Notes: generated by a model from the letters alone, not told the origin. DNA of 47,419 nucleotides from an uncultured Candidatus Saccharimonas sp. (GCA_943358095.1 CALRGT010000006.1:1-47419), one strand, 5' to 3'. Positions 18,596-30,500 are shown, counted from the stretch's first letter. A program made the numbers and translations.

Positions 18596-19160
18596 CTTTG
18601 TCGTTAAGCAGAAATCCCTAGAGTTGCCATTGCCAGTGGTTAGTCTAACTGATTTGAACAGGTTGCAAAGGGAACTCGAGGCTATTGATGTTTTTTTGAT
18701 TCAAGCGGCTGTTCGTAAATCAGGGGAATCTATGGCTCTACCCAGAACTACCCGTAACCTTGATAACATAGTTCAGTTAAATAAATTGAATTTGTTGGTA
18801 AAGGAAGACAGAGTTAAGTTGGGGGAATTCATTAAATCTGTTCGACTAAATGCCCCAAAAGTTCATATCAGTTTTGCGTCTGATCCTTCTGCTGCGTTTA
18901 TTCAGAAAATTGCATCATGGTTTAGAACTAATGCTCATCCGTTAACAATATTGCAGATAGGCTTACAGCCAACTATAGCGGCTGGTTGTATCGTCCGCAC
19001 AACGAACAGCTACTTCGACCTCAGTATTCGTAAGGATTTTCAGAAAAAACGCCAACTTCTTGTCGAGACAGTAAGAAACGTTAGAATATCTGATCAGGCA
19101 AGAGTTGTGCCTGTGTTAGAGGCTGAACCAATGCTTTCTGGAGTTCAGACCAATGGCTGA
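18585..19160 (+). CDS. ATP synthase delta/OSCP-like protein (divergent)
   Basis: C-terminal QPTIAAGCIVRTTNSYFDLS matches the delta pattern d-x2-l-i-gG-x-i-r-x5-D-x-S; ATG 18585 follows GAGGA. Confidence 0.7.
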   Translation: MEHSFVVKQKSLELPLPVVSLTDLNRLQRELEAIDVFLIQAAVRKSGESMALPRTTRNLDNIVQLNKLNLLVKEDRVKLGEFIKSVRLNAPKVHISFASDPSAAFIQKIASWFRTNAHPLTILQIGLQPTIAAGCIVRTTNSYFDLSIRKDFQKKRQLLVETVRNVRISDQARVVPVLEAEPMLSGVQTNG

Positions 19161-20576
19161 CAACCAGCATTTTAATCGATTAGTCGAAAACGGTAATCCC
19201 GTCGGTGAAGTTATTGGCGTTGAAGGATTTCTTATTAAGGTTAAAGGCCTGCATCCGGTTAATGCTCATGCGCTTATTTTGTTTGAAGATGGTAGCAAGG
19301 GTTTTGTTCATCAGGTCCTAGAGGCTCACGTTGTAGTGCTGCATCTTGGGGTACTGAAGCTTACGGCCGGTCTATTGGCTGTCGTTCAGTATCAAGAATT
19401 GGTTAGCAAAGTTGGCAAAGATTTTATTGGTCGCGTCGTGTCGGTTATGGGTGAGCCACTTGATGGTAAAGGACCAATAGCTGCCAATGCCGTCCGGCCA
19501 GTTTTTCACCCAGCTCCTCCACTCCACACTCGTAAATTACTAGATACGCAGCTAGAGAGTGGTATAACCGCCATTGACTCGCTATTTCCGATTGTTCGCG
19601 GACAGCGCATGGCGTTACTTGGCGATAGCAAGTCTGGCAAAAGTACCCTCGCTACTCAGCTAATCATTAACCAAAAAAATACAGACCAAATTGTGGTTTA
19701 TTCACTTATAGCAAAACGACGAAGTGATATAGATAATCTACTAAAACATCTTGAAGAAAACGGTGGAATGGAGAAGGCTATCGTTATCGTTTCTACTATG
19801 TTTGAGTCTTTGATTGTTAGTTATCTCGCGCCTTATGTAGCCTGTGCTATGGCTGAATATTTGTGGCAAGAATGTGACCAAGATACTGTTATTATTTATG
19901 ACGATTTAACTACTCACGCCCATGTAACTAGAGAAATCGCTCTAATGTCTGGTGTTAGTCCTGGACGAGATTCTTATCCTGGCGATATGTTTTATGCACA
20001 TTCTAGCCTGCTGGAACGAGCCGGTAGACTTGAAAGTACTGGCAAGCACTTAACGAGTATTCCGATAGTATTGGCCGCGGGTGGTGATATAACAGCCTAT
20101 CTACCGACTAACATAATTTCTATAACTGACGGGCAGTGGATATTAGATATGTCGATCTTCCGAAAGGGTATTCGACCAGCTATTAATATGGGGTTATCAG
20201 TTACGCGCGTTGGCGGTGTTGGTCATAATAAACGCCAGAAAACAATTGCCGCACAGACCTTAAAGTTACTTGCAGATTATCGTCAGGCTGAGGAGTTTTC
20301 TCATTTCGGGTCTGAATTAGGACCAGAAGCCCGGCGATCACTAGAAGTTGGCAAACATATATTTGAAGTGCTAACACAAGGTCCAGGCGATACATACTCG
20401 GTCATGGCTCAACAACTAATGCTGGACATTATTCTCAATGCAGAACTAGGGTCCATTCTTGATATCAGTAAGCTTAAGTTAATGTCGCGCGAGGCTGCGA
20501 CAAAAGTTACGACTGAAATATTGTACGAGCAGACGAAGCTTGAATTAAAAAATCAGGTAATGCTTGGAGTTAAGTC

Positions 20577-20580
<4 letters not shown>
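19153..20580 (+). CDS. atpA: F1-like ATPase alpha subunit (divergent)
   Basis: GRVVSVMGEPLDGKG, SGITAIDSLFPIVRGQR, P-loop GDSKSGKS, IIYDDL, PGRDSYPGDMFYAHSSLLERA, PTNIISITDGQ, GIRPAIN, SVTRVGG. Confidence 0.9.
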
Positions 20581-22741
<2,161 letters not shown>

Positions 22742-22765
22742 GCTAATGCAAGGAACTATTGGATA

Positions 22766-23113
22766 ATGCCAGAAGATGCACCAAAATCAGCTCCCCATCC
22801 ATCAACCGTTCAAGAGACCTTAGCACTTGCTGCTAAGAGAAATAGCGAGCAGGCAAAATCTAGCGCAAAGATTATGCATGTTAAGGTTTATGCTCCGTTT
22901 AAGACTTATTACGACGGTGACGCAACAAGTATTTCTGCCATAAACGACACAGGTCCATTTGATATTCTGCCGCGACACCATAACTTTATGACGTTAGTAA
23001 ATAAATGCGATGTCATTATTCGGACAGAAGACGGCGACGAATTAAGAGTGCCTATTAATCGCGGTGTCATGCACGTTAAGGCCGACCGAGTTGATGTGTT
23101 TTTGGACGTATAG
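22766..23113 (+). CDS. ATP synthase epsilon-like protein, beta-sandwich domain only
   Basis: VKVYAP-x4-Y-x-G-x-A...GPFDILPRH...GVM-x-V matches the epsilon N-terminal domain; the ORF ends where the C-terminal helices would begin. Confidence 0.75.
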   Translation: MPEDAPKSAPHPSTVQETLALAAKRNSEQAKSSAKIMHVKVYAPFKTYYDGDATSISAINDTGPFDILPRHHNFMTLVNKCDVIIRTEDGDELRVPINRGVMHVKADRVDVFLDV

Positions 23114-23152
23114 TGACTTTAGCTTATGTTTGATTTAGCGTAATATAGTTTT

Positions 23153-23782
23153 ATGAAGATAGTTATATTTGGAGCAAATGGTAAGATTGGGCGGCTAGTT
23201 GTGGCTGAGGCATTAAGGCGTGGTCATAGCGTTCGAGCTTTTGTGCATAATCATAGCGATATTGCAGACGACAGTAACCTTAGTATCTTTAAGGGTGATA
23301 TATATGACGTGGATTCTTGCCGTAGCGCTATAAAAGGTTGCGACGCAGTTGTTAGCACGCTAGGCAGCTGGGGTACTCCCAAAAAAGATGTCGTATCAAC
23401 AGCGATGGAGAATATTATTCCAATAATGCAGAATTTGAAAATAAATAAAATTGTAACTTTGACTGGGGCAGATAGTGAGGCTTCTAATGATATTAGAGGC
23501 CTAGCGCATAAGCTTAGTCGTCCGTTGCTGGCTACTATTGCCGGTAAAATATTGGCTGACGGTGAAAAGCATATTAATTTATTAGAGAATAGCGGCTTGA
23601 ACTGGTCCGTAGTAAGGTCGCCAATTATGACAAATTACGGGCAAGCGAGTAATTTTAAACTTACCGAAGATCGGCCAATGCCATGGCAAACTATTAATCG
23701 TAAGTCGGTAGCAATTGCTATGGTTGATCTATTAGAGACGACAGAAGGCGAGCTAAAAGCTCCGTATATTGTACGCAAATGA
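23153..23782 (+). CDS. NAD(P)H-binding oxidoreductase (flavin reductase/biliverdin reductase B-like)
   Basis: MKIVIFGANGKIG, GHSVRAFV, SGLNWSVVR, INRKSVA. Confidence 0.88.
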   Translation: MKIVIFGANGKIGRLVVAEALRRGHSVRAFVHNHSDIADDSNLSIFKGDIYDVDSCRSAIKGCDAVVSTLGSWGTPKKDVVSTAMENIIPIMQNLKINKIVTLTGADSEASNDIRGLAHKLSRPLLATIAGKILADGEKHINLLENSGLNWSVVRSPIMTNYGQASNFKLTEDRPMPWQTINRKSVAIAMVDLLETTEGELKAPYIVRK

Positions 23783-24279
23783 AACAAATAATTGTTGAGG
23801 AGTCTTACCAGTCTGGATATGAATATGCTTTAGTCTGCCAAATGGGCAAAGATTTTGATGAAGATTTTAAGCCAGATTTAACTCCTCAGCAAATGTTAAA
23901 AATGGGAATTTTTGCCGGTAATTATTTTAAGCAAGTGCCTAAAGAATTTCCGTCTGATTGGTTTGATGGTGTCGTATTGAGCGACAAGGCTAATCCAGAA
24001 CTAAATTATTTTAAAGTAAAAGCTAGTCAACCTTTGGCTGAGTGGCAACGCAAAGGTTGGATTTATTTCGAAGATCCGCTTGGTTGGTTCCTCTGGTACT
24101 GTCGTTATTATTGCGGTCGTAGAATTCCAGCTGAAGATGCCAGACAGATAAAACGCTGGAAAGCGATGAGCCGCCATATTAGTCAGCTAAAGAATAATTG
24201 CCAAGTTGGTGATTATAGCTGTCGCCCAAGACAGCGTCAGGCATTGCTGCACTGGGCATACGACTCCACTAAAATGTAG
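23779..24279 (+). CDS. Conserved hypothetical Trp/Arg-rich protein
   Basis: ATGA overlap with the upstream gene; motifs FKPDLTP-x2-ML-x2-G-x-F-x-G-x-Y, DP-x-GWF-x-WYCRY-x2-GRR, D-x-RQI-x-RW, RQALLHWA. Confidence 0.8.
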   Translation: MKQIIVEESYQSGYEYALVCQMGKDFDEDFKPDLTPQQMLKMGIFAGNYFKQVPKEFPSDWFDGVVLSDKANPELNYFKVKASQPLAEWQRKGWIYFEDPLGWFLWYCRYYCGRRIPAEDARQIKRWKAMSRHISQLKNNCQVGDYSCRPRQRQALLHWAYDSTKM

Positions 24280-24324
24280 ATTGTGCAAGCTTTTGCGCGT
24301 TAATTTGTGTACAATAACAGGTAT

Positions 24325-25464
24325 ATGTCGAAAAAAGTATTCGTAGGTTTAAGTGGTGGCGTTGATTCGTCCGTAGCAGCGGCTTTGCTTGTTGAGCAGG
24401 GCTATGAAGTTGTTGGCGTTTATATGAAAAACTGGAGCAAAGATTTGCCTGGTTTTCCGTGTCCTTGGAAAGAAGATTATCAGGATGCTAAACGTGTAGC
24501 TGTGCAACTTGGTATTGAGTTTCGAATGTTTGATTTTGAGAAAGAGTATTTCGAAAAAGTTGTTGATTATATGCTTGATGGATTTCGATCTGGTATTACA
24601 CCTAATCCAGATATTATGTGTAATCAAGAAATCAAATTTAAATTATTTCTAGATGTTGCGCTCGAACAAGGCGCTGATATGATTGCGACCGGACATTACG
24701 CCAAGGTCATAACTAAGATTCAAACCAAAACAGATACAAACTCTGAAATCACAAAATCCTTAGATACAAGGGTTAAACCCTTAACAGATGGGGAAAATGT
24801 GATTTTAAATCTATTAGGGGTGGCTAAGGATGATAATAAGGACCAGACGTACTTTCTTTATAGAGTAACTGAAGCGGCTCTGGGTAAGACTTTATTTCCG
24901 CTTGGTGATTATACTAAGCCAGAGGTTAGAGAACTTGCTAAGAAGTTTGGTCTAGTTACTGCTGCTAAAAAAGAAAGTATGGGTATTTGTTTTGTCGGTA
25001 AAGTTGGTATTAAGGAATTCTTGCAGCAATATGTTACGACCGCACCTGGTCCAATTATCGACGATAAGGGTAAAATTATTGGTGAACATGACGGTGCGAT
25101 ATTCTACACAACTGGGCAGCGTCACGGTCTAAATGTAGGCGGTGGACTGCCTTATTATGTGGTTGGAAAAGATATGGATAAGAACGAAGTTTATGTAACG
25201 GCGGATATTGATGACATCAGGCTGTGGAGTAAGGATTTTGTAATTAATAGCGCGCACTGGATAAATGACGCACCGCAAAATACTGACGATCTGAAAGTTC
25301 GAACGCGGCACCGCGCAACACCGCTTTCAGTAGTAGCAATTAAGAAATTGGACAATGGTAATTGGCATATCAGTTTGGACGAAGAAGTGCGAGCGTTAAC
25401 AGCAGGACAGTCAGCTGTATTTTATCAAGATGGTGTTTGTCTGGGTGGCGGAATTATCATATAG
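24325..25464 (+). CDS. mnmA: tRNA U34 2-thiouridylase MnmA
   Basis: SGGVDS, MKNW, TPNPDIMCNQEIKF, ATGHYA, KDQTYFL, ESMGICFVG, GQRHGL, GQSAVFY. ATG 24325. Confidence 0.97.
   Translation: MSKKVFVGLSGGVDSSVAAALLVEQGYEVVGVYMKNWSKDLPGFPCPWKEDYQDAKRVAVQLGIEFRMFDFEKEYFEKVVDYMLDGFRSGITPNPDIMCNQEIKFKLFLDVALEQGADMIATGHYAKVITKIQTKTDTNSEITKSLDTRVKPLTDGENVILNLLGVAKDDNKDQTYFLYRVTEAALGKTLFPLGDYTKPEVRELAKKFGLVTAAKKESMGICFVGKVGIKEFLQQYVTTAPGPIIDDKGKIIGEHDGAIFYTTGQRHGLNVGGGLPYYVVGKDMDKNEVYVTADIDDIRLWSKDFVINSAHWINDAPQNTDDLKVRTRHRATPLSVVAIKKLDNGNWHISLDEEVRALTAGQSAVFYQDGVCLGGGIII
24768..24782. repeat. Short palindrome AAGGGTT-A-AACCCTT inside an insertion in mnmA
   Basis: Perfect 7-bp arms around one central base. 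Confidence 0.6.
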
Positions 25465-25513
25465 CTATTGCTTATAATTGATATTTATTGTAAAATAGCC
25501 TACAGTAAATACC

Positions 25514-26011
25514 ATGATTAAATCAGAATCAATCCCAACTCCGGAAGACTGGAAAGCAATACAGGGAGGCAAGCCCCGTATCTTTGAGAGTGCGTCTAAG
25601 AAAAGTTTTAGGGTAATTCATGTCTATGGGTCTAAGTTTGAGCCTGAAAAGACAGAAGAATATCCTCAGTATGGATATGAAATTCCAACTATAGGTGAAA
25701 ATATGAAAGATTCTCTCGAGAATCCGATAAAAATAGAGTTCTTAAATAGTAAGCTCGAGGTCCCTGCGGTTAGAAGGATTACTGTACCTGCCGCATTGCT
25801 TATTCAGTATCACGGCAATCCTTGTATGCAACGAACCGCAGATAATGAAGGAGTGAAGGCTGGCTATGATAAGTTATCAACTGCCGAAGAATTTGATTTC
25901 CATTTGCAGAAGCTGGAGCATGACGGTTATACAGAACAGCGTCTAGGAATTGACCCGAATAGCAATGGCTTCCGTTTGTTACCAATGGTGCGTGTCGAAA
26001 AAACTGCTTAG
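25514..26011 (+). CDS. Hypothetical protein
   Basis: 165-aa ORF filling the mnmA-alaS gap; no recognisable motif. Confidence 0.65.
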   Translation: MIKSESIPTPEDWKAIQGGKPRIFESASKKSFRVIHVYGSKFEPEKTEEYPQYGYEIPTIGENMKDSLENPIKIEFLNSKLEVPAVRRITVPAALLIQYHGNPCMQRTADNEGVKAGYDKLSTAEEFDFHLQKLEHDGYTEQRLGIDPNSNGFRLLPMVRVEKTA

Positions 26012-26055
26012 CTTTAGGCTAATAAATACCCGTACAATCTGTTATTATTAATCTT

Positions 26056-27960
26056 ATGACAGCACAAGAAATCCGAAAAGCTTATCTGGATAGCATGGTT
26101 AATAATGGCCATAGCATAATTCCTCGTGCACTTTTGGTGCCGCCAAACGATCCTACAACATTATTTACCGGCAGTGGAATGCAGCCACTAATACCATTTT
26201 TGCTTGGAGAAAAACATCAAGACGGTACAAGACTCGTTAATAGTCAGACTTGTTTGCGAGCTCAAGATATAGATGATGTCGGCGACAATCGTCATACGAC
26301 TTTTTTTGAAATGCTTGGAAACTGGAGTTTGGGTGATTATTTTAAGACCGAACAATTACGCTGGTTTTTTGAATTTTTGGTTGCCAAGGTTGGGTTAGAT
26401 CCGAATCGAATATATGTAACATGTTGCAGTGGATTCCCAGAATTTGGGGTACCTAAGGATTTAGAGTCGGCTCAACTATGGAGCGATCTATTTGACGAAC
26501 AAGGTGTTGATAATAAACAAGTTGAAATAGGCAGCGAAGAGAACGGTTATAAAGTTGGTGAACAGTCGGGTAGGATATTCTTTTATGACGAGAAGAATTG
26601 GTGGAGTCGTAATGGTGCACCTAAAGATGTCAAAGTTGGCGAGCCTTGCGGCCCAGACAGCGAAGTCTTCTATTTATTTGATCAGATTAAACATGACACC
26701 AGCTTTGGCGAACTATGTCATCCTAACTGCGACTGCGGTCGTTATATGGAAATCGGTAATTCAGTCTTTATGGAATATTTGCGAACAGACAAAGGATTCG
26801 AGAAATTACCGGCTCGTAATGTCGATTTCGGTGGTGGACTAGAAAGAATTGCTGCTGCCCAACTAGATAGTCCTGACGTTTTTAAAATCAGTATTTTGTT
26901 GCCAATAGTCGAATCGCTAGAGCAGATGAGTGGCAAAAAATACGAAAGTCACACTGCTAGTATGCGAGTTATCGCCGACCATCTGCGTGCTGCAACATTT
27001 TTGGCTGTGGATGGTATTGTTCCAAGCAATAAAGAGCAAGGTTATGTTATGCGTCGCTTAATGCGCCGAGCAATACGGTTTGCTTTCGAGCTTGGTGTCG
27101 AACAAGATCTTTGTAGCAAAATAGTACCGGTCATAACGGATTTATATAAAAATGATTATCCTGAAGTTTCTGCAAAATGCGACGAAGTTGTGGCAATCCT
27201 AACTAAGGAAGAAAAAATATTCCGTCAAACACTACGAAAAGGCCTGAAAGAGTTTGAAAACTTATTTGGTGAAGAAAATAAGAAAACTAAAGTAGAGAAT
27301 CACGGCGCAGCATTATTCCAGCTATATGACACTTATGGCTTTCCTTTAGAGCTAAGTATCGAAGAGGCCTATAAGCAGAATGTCGACTTAGACAAAGATT
27401 GGAAGCAACAATTTGACGCTAAAATGACAGAGCAACGCGAGCGCTCACAAACCGCAAGTAAAGGCACATTTAAGGGTGGACTTGGTGGTCAAACATTGCA
27501 GCACAAAAAATATCACACCGCCACGCATTTGATGTACCAGGCATTACGCCAGGTTTTGGGCGACCATGTCATCCAAAGAGGCAGTAACATTACTGAGGAG
27601 CGTCTAAGATTTGACTTTAGCCATGACGGTAAAGTTACGCCAGAACAGATAAAACAGGTCGAGGATATCGTAAATGAACAAATTTCCAAGGACCTAAAAA
27701 TAAGTTTTCAAGAATATCCTACTAAAGTCGCCAGAGAAGAAATGCACGCACTTGGACAGTTCGGTGACAGATACGGCGAAACAGTCAAAGTCTATAAAAT
27801 GATTGCAGAAGACGCGGACAAGCCGTTTAGTTTTGAGATCTGTGGCGGACCGCATGTTGACCACACTCACCAGTTAATTGAAGACGACAAAAAGTTTAAA
27901 ATATTAAAGGAAGAAGCTAGCTCAGCTGGTATTCGACGAATCAAAGCTGCTTTAGTCTAA
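26056..27960 (+). CDS. alaS: Alanine--tRNA ligase, short form (no C-Ala domain)
   Basis: DPTTLFT-x2-GMQP, Q-x-CLR, HTTFFEMLGNWSLGDYFK, CGPDSE, DFGGGLER, IADHLRA, LYDTYGFP, editing motifs HTATH and CGGPH; ends at GIRRIKA. Confidence 0.97.
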   Translation: MTAQEIRKAYLDSMVNNGHSIIPRALLVPPNDPTTLFTGSGMQPLIPFLLGEKHQDGTRLVNSQTCLRAQDIDDVGDNRHTTFFEMLGNWSLGDYFKTEQLRWFFEFLVAKVGLDPNRIYVTCCSGFPEFGVPKDLESAQLWSDLFDEQGVDNKQVEIGSEENGYKVGEQSGRIFFYDEKNWWSRNGAPKDVKVGEPCGPDSEVFYLFDQIKHDTSFGELCHPNCDCGRYMEIGNSVFMEYLRTDKGFEKLPARNVDFGGGLERIAAAQLDSPDVFKISILLPIVESLEQMSGKKYESHTASMRVIADHLRAATFLAVDGIVPSNKEQGYVMRRLMRRAIRFAFELGVEQDLCSKIVPVITDLYKNDYPEVSAKCDEVVAILTKEEKIFRQTLRKGLKEFENLFGEENKKTKVENHGAALFQLYDTYGFPLELSIEEAYKQNVDLDKDWKQQFDAKMTEQRERSQTASKGTFKGGLGGQTLQHKKYHTATHLMYQALRQVLGDHVIQRGSNITEERLRFDFSHDGKVTPEQIKQVEDIVNEQISKDLKISFQEYPTKVAREEMHALGQFGDRYGETVKVYKMIAEDADKPFSFEICGGPHVDHTHQLIEDDKKFKILKEEASSAGIRRIKAALV

Positions 27961-28031
27961 ATAACCACTTGTAAAGCATAACCGTTGTGATACGATAAAA
28001 CTGTTAATATAAAAAACAAAAACAATAAAAT

Positions 28032-29003
28032 ATGAAGAAAAAACAGATTAAAGGCACCAAGCCCAAGCTTGTTAGTCACTATTCAAACACCGGTAAACGT
28101 ATGTCGTCTCAACATACATCCTATCCGTTATTGGTGTTTATTTTGTTACTTCTTGGTGTGTTTATGACTGGATTTACGTTAAAAGTTAGTGCTAGCGACG
28201 TAGTTGTTAGTGCTTTTGTTCAGGCACCAATACCAACTGTCCCGGCTACTATAATTACTCCCGTTGCGAACGCTCGATTTAATGATTCGCAAACTACGGT
28301 CACCGGTACTTGCGCGTCTGCGAATATGGTGAAGCTTTATCGAAATAATAATTTTAGCGGTGCTGTACTCTGCGCCATAGACAATACATTCCAAATCCAA
28401 ACAGCTCTTTTTGAAGGGTCTAACGATTTACAGGCTAGAGTCTTTAATATCACTAATGATGAGGGTCCGCAGTCTGCAGTTGTAAGAGTATATTATGACG
28501 TTCCGGCTATATCTACTCCATCAAGTGTGCCTCAGTTCATGATTTCTGCCGATAACCTATATAAGGGTTACAATGTAGGTGACACAATTGAGTGGCAAAT
28601 AGGCGCCGTTGGTGGAACAGCTCCCTATGCTTTTAGTATCGACTGGGGCGACGGAAACACCTCGATCGTAAGCAGACGAGATGAGGGAGTTTTTATAACC
28701 AAGCACGTTTATAAACAAATTGGCGGATATAAGGGTAGTTATATAATTAGAGTAACGGCTTCTGACGCAAACGATAAGTCGTCGTTCATACAATTAATGA
28801 TAATCATACAAGACAGTAAAAACGTATCTAATAGCATCCCAGCAGTAGGCTCTATCGATAATACTACTCCAACCCTACCTTTTAATATGCAGTTATTCTG
28901 GCCTGCATATGTTGTGACATTCTTGATGGTTATAAGTTTCTGGCTAGGACAACGCCGAACACTGGTTAAGCCTAAGCACAGACTTCATGCACATAAAGGC
29001 TAG
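28032..29003 (+). CDS. Surface protein with Ig-like and PKD domains between N- and C-terminal TM helices
   Basis: TM near residues 32-52, Ig-like P-x-I-x2-P...VTGTC...L-x2-G-x-N, PKD motif GGTAPY-x3-IDWGDG...H-x-Y, C-terminal TM and basic tail. Confidence 0.75.
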   Translation: MKKKQIKGTKPKLVSHYSNTGKRMSSQHTSYPLLVFILLLLGVFMTGFTLKVSASDVVVSAFVQAPIPTVPATIITPVANARFNDSQTTVTGTCASANMVKLYRNNNFSGAVLCAIDNTFQIQTALFEGSNDLQARVFNITNDEGPQSAVVRVYYDVPAISTPSSVPQFMISADNLYKGYNVGDTIEWQIGAVGGTAPYAFSIDWGDGNTSIVSRRDEGVFITKHVYKQIGGYKGSYIIRVTASDANDKSSFIQLMIIIQDSKNVSNSIPAVGSIDNTTPTLPFNMQLFWPAYVVTFLMVISFWLGQRRTLVKPKHRLHAHKG

Positions 29004-29095
29004 GATATTTTGTGAATAATATGAGTACAGACAAGGCCTATTAAATTAAAATGGAAAGTTTGGCAGCCATCTATGGTGTTATAATTTAAGGGATT

Positions 29096-30391
29096 ATGCT
29101 TAAAAAAATAAAATCACTTAGCCATAAGGCAATCAAGAAAGCGGTGAGCAAAAGCTCTTCCGAGCGCTACATTGTTGGCCTAGATATTGGTACTGAATTT
29201 GTTAAAGCTTTAGTTGGCAGAATTAATGATGATAATATCGAGATAATTGGTTCTGGCCGCGCACATCAAGAGTTCAGTGCGATGCAGGCAGGAGCGATTG
29301 CCAATATATCTGCAGTTGTGGCTAATTGTGACAAGGCTTTGAATGATGCTGAGCAACAGGCTGGTGTAAGTGTTAGACCTTCTGTAATTGGTATAGCCGG
29401 AGAGCTAGTAAAGGGCACTACATCAACTGTGCGTTGTCGGCGCCGTGACCCTAATAAAGAACTTGACCTAGATGAAATCGAGCGAATTATTGGTCTTGTA
29501 CAAAAGCGAGCAGAAGAAAAAGCTAAAAAACAACTAATGTGGGAATTGGGCGGCAAAGATGTCGAGATTAGACTAGTAAACAGCGCGCTAGTTGGAATAG
29601 AAATAGATGGCTATCCTGTTACTAGTCCGGTGGGCTTCAAAGGCAAAGAAGTTGTGGTTCAGTTATATACGGCCTTTGCGCCGATGATACATATTGGAGC
29701 GCTAGAACGAACAGCTCAAGAATTAGACGTTGATTTGTTAGCACTTGCTGCTGAACCTTTTGCGGTTGCTCGCTCGATGATTGGCAATAGTACTGATACT
29801 TCTATGAGTGCAATATTAATGGATATTGGTGGTGGTACGACAGATATTGCCGTTATTAATGACGGTGGAGTGCAAGGCACTAAAATGTTTGGCATCGGTG
29901 GACGAGCATTCACACGTGCCATTGAACGGGAGTTGGGTGTTAGCTTCGACGAAGCCGAAGAACTAAAGCTGGCATTAGGTAACAACAAGACCCCAAGTAG
30001 CAAAACGAGATCTGTAGAATTAGCACTAAAGAAGACATTAGATGTTTGGACAAGTGGAGTTGAACTGGCACTTGCCGAATTTACTAATTTAGATAATCTG
30101 CCTCATAAGATTCTGCTATGTGGAGGCGGATCATCACTTGATATGTTGGTAGATAAGTTAACTGAGTCTAACTGGTATCTACAGCTACCTTTTACTCGTA
30201 AGCCCGTCGTGCAGCATATAAAACCAAGCCAGGTTGTGGGCATTACCGACAAGACTGGCGATGTAATTGACCATACATTTATTACAGCAATGGGTCTTCT
30301 GCGAGTTGGCCTAGATACTGTTCATCAACACGATAGTGATATTTCTGGTAGTGCTTTTCGTGAGCGAATTGATAGAATGTTAAGAGCATGA
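29096..30391 (+). CDS. FtsA-like actin-fold ATPase (orphan, no adjacent ftsZ)
   Basis: GLDIGTEFVK, MQAGAI, AEPFA, MDIGGGTTD, GG-x2-FT-x2-I, AEELK, LCGGGS; possible C-terminal amphipathic helix FRERIDRMLRA. Confidence 0.85.
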   Translation: MLKKIKSLSHKAIKKAVSKSSSERYIVGLDIGTEFVKALVGRINDDNIEIIGSGRAHQEFSAMQAGAIANISAVVANCDKALNDAEQQAGVSVRPSVIGIAGELVKGTTSTVRCRRRDPNKELDLDEIERIIGLVQKRAEEKAKKQLMWELGGKDVEIRLVNSALVGIEIDGYPVTSPVGFKGKEVVVQLYTAFAPMIHIGALERTAQELDVDLLALAAEPFAVARSMIGNSTDTSMSAILMDIGGGTTDIAVINDGGVQGTKMFGIGGRAFTRAIERELGVSFDEAEELKLALGNNKTPSSKTRSVELALKKTLDVWTSGVELALAEFTNLDNLPHKILLCGGGSSLDMLVDKLTESNWYLQLPFTRKPVVQHIKPSQVVGITDKTGDVIDHTFITAMGLLRVGLDTVHQHDSDISGSAFRERIDRMLRA

Positions 30392-30403
30392 GTATAAAAG
30401 CCA

Positions 30404-30500
30404 ATTTACCATTTACCATTTACCGTTTTTCATTGAGCCTCAATGCTCAAATGCCAAATGCCAAATTAATGTTCAATGTTAAATGTTTAATGTTAAATTC
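30404..30500. repeat. Intergenic cluster of heptamer tandem repeats with a central palindrome
   Basis: ATTTACC x3 (30404-30424), CATTGAG-C-CTCAATG (30431-30445), AAATGCC x2 (30449-30462), AATGTTN x4 (30468-30495). Confidence 0.85.

Noticed and set aside
25514-26011. Possible toxin or defence gene between mnmA and alaS
   Set aside because: No recognisable motif or partner gene; left as hypothetical.
30404-30500. CRISPR array
   Set aside because: Units are 7 bp in tandem with no unique spacers, and there are no cas genes.
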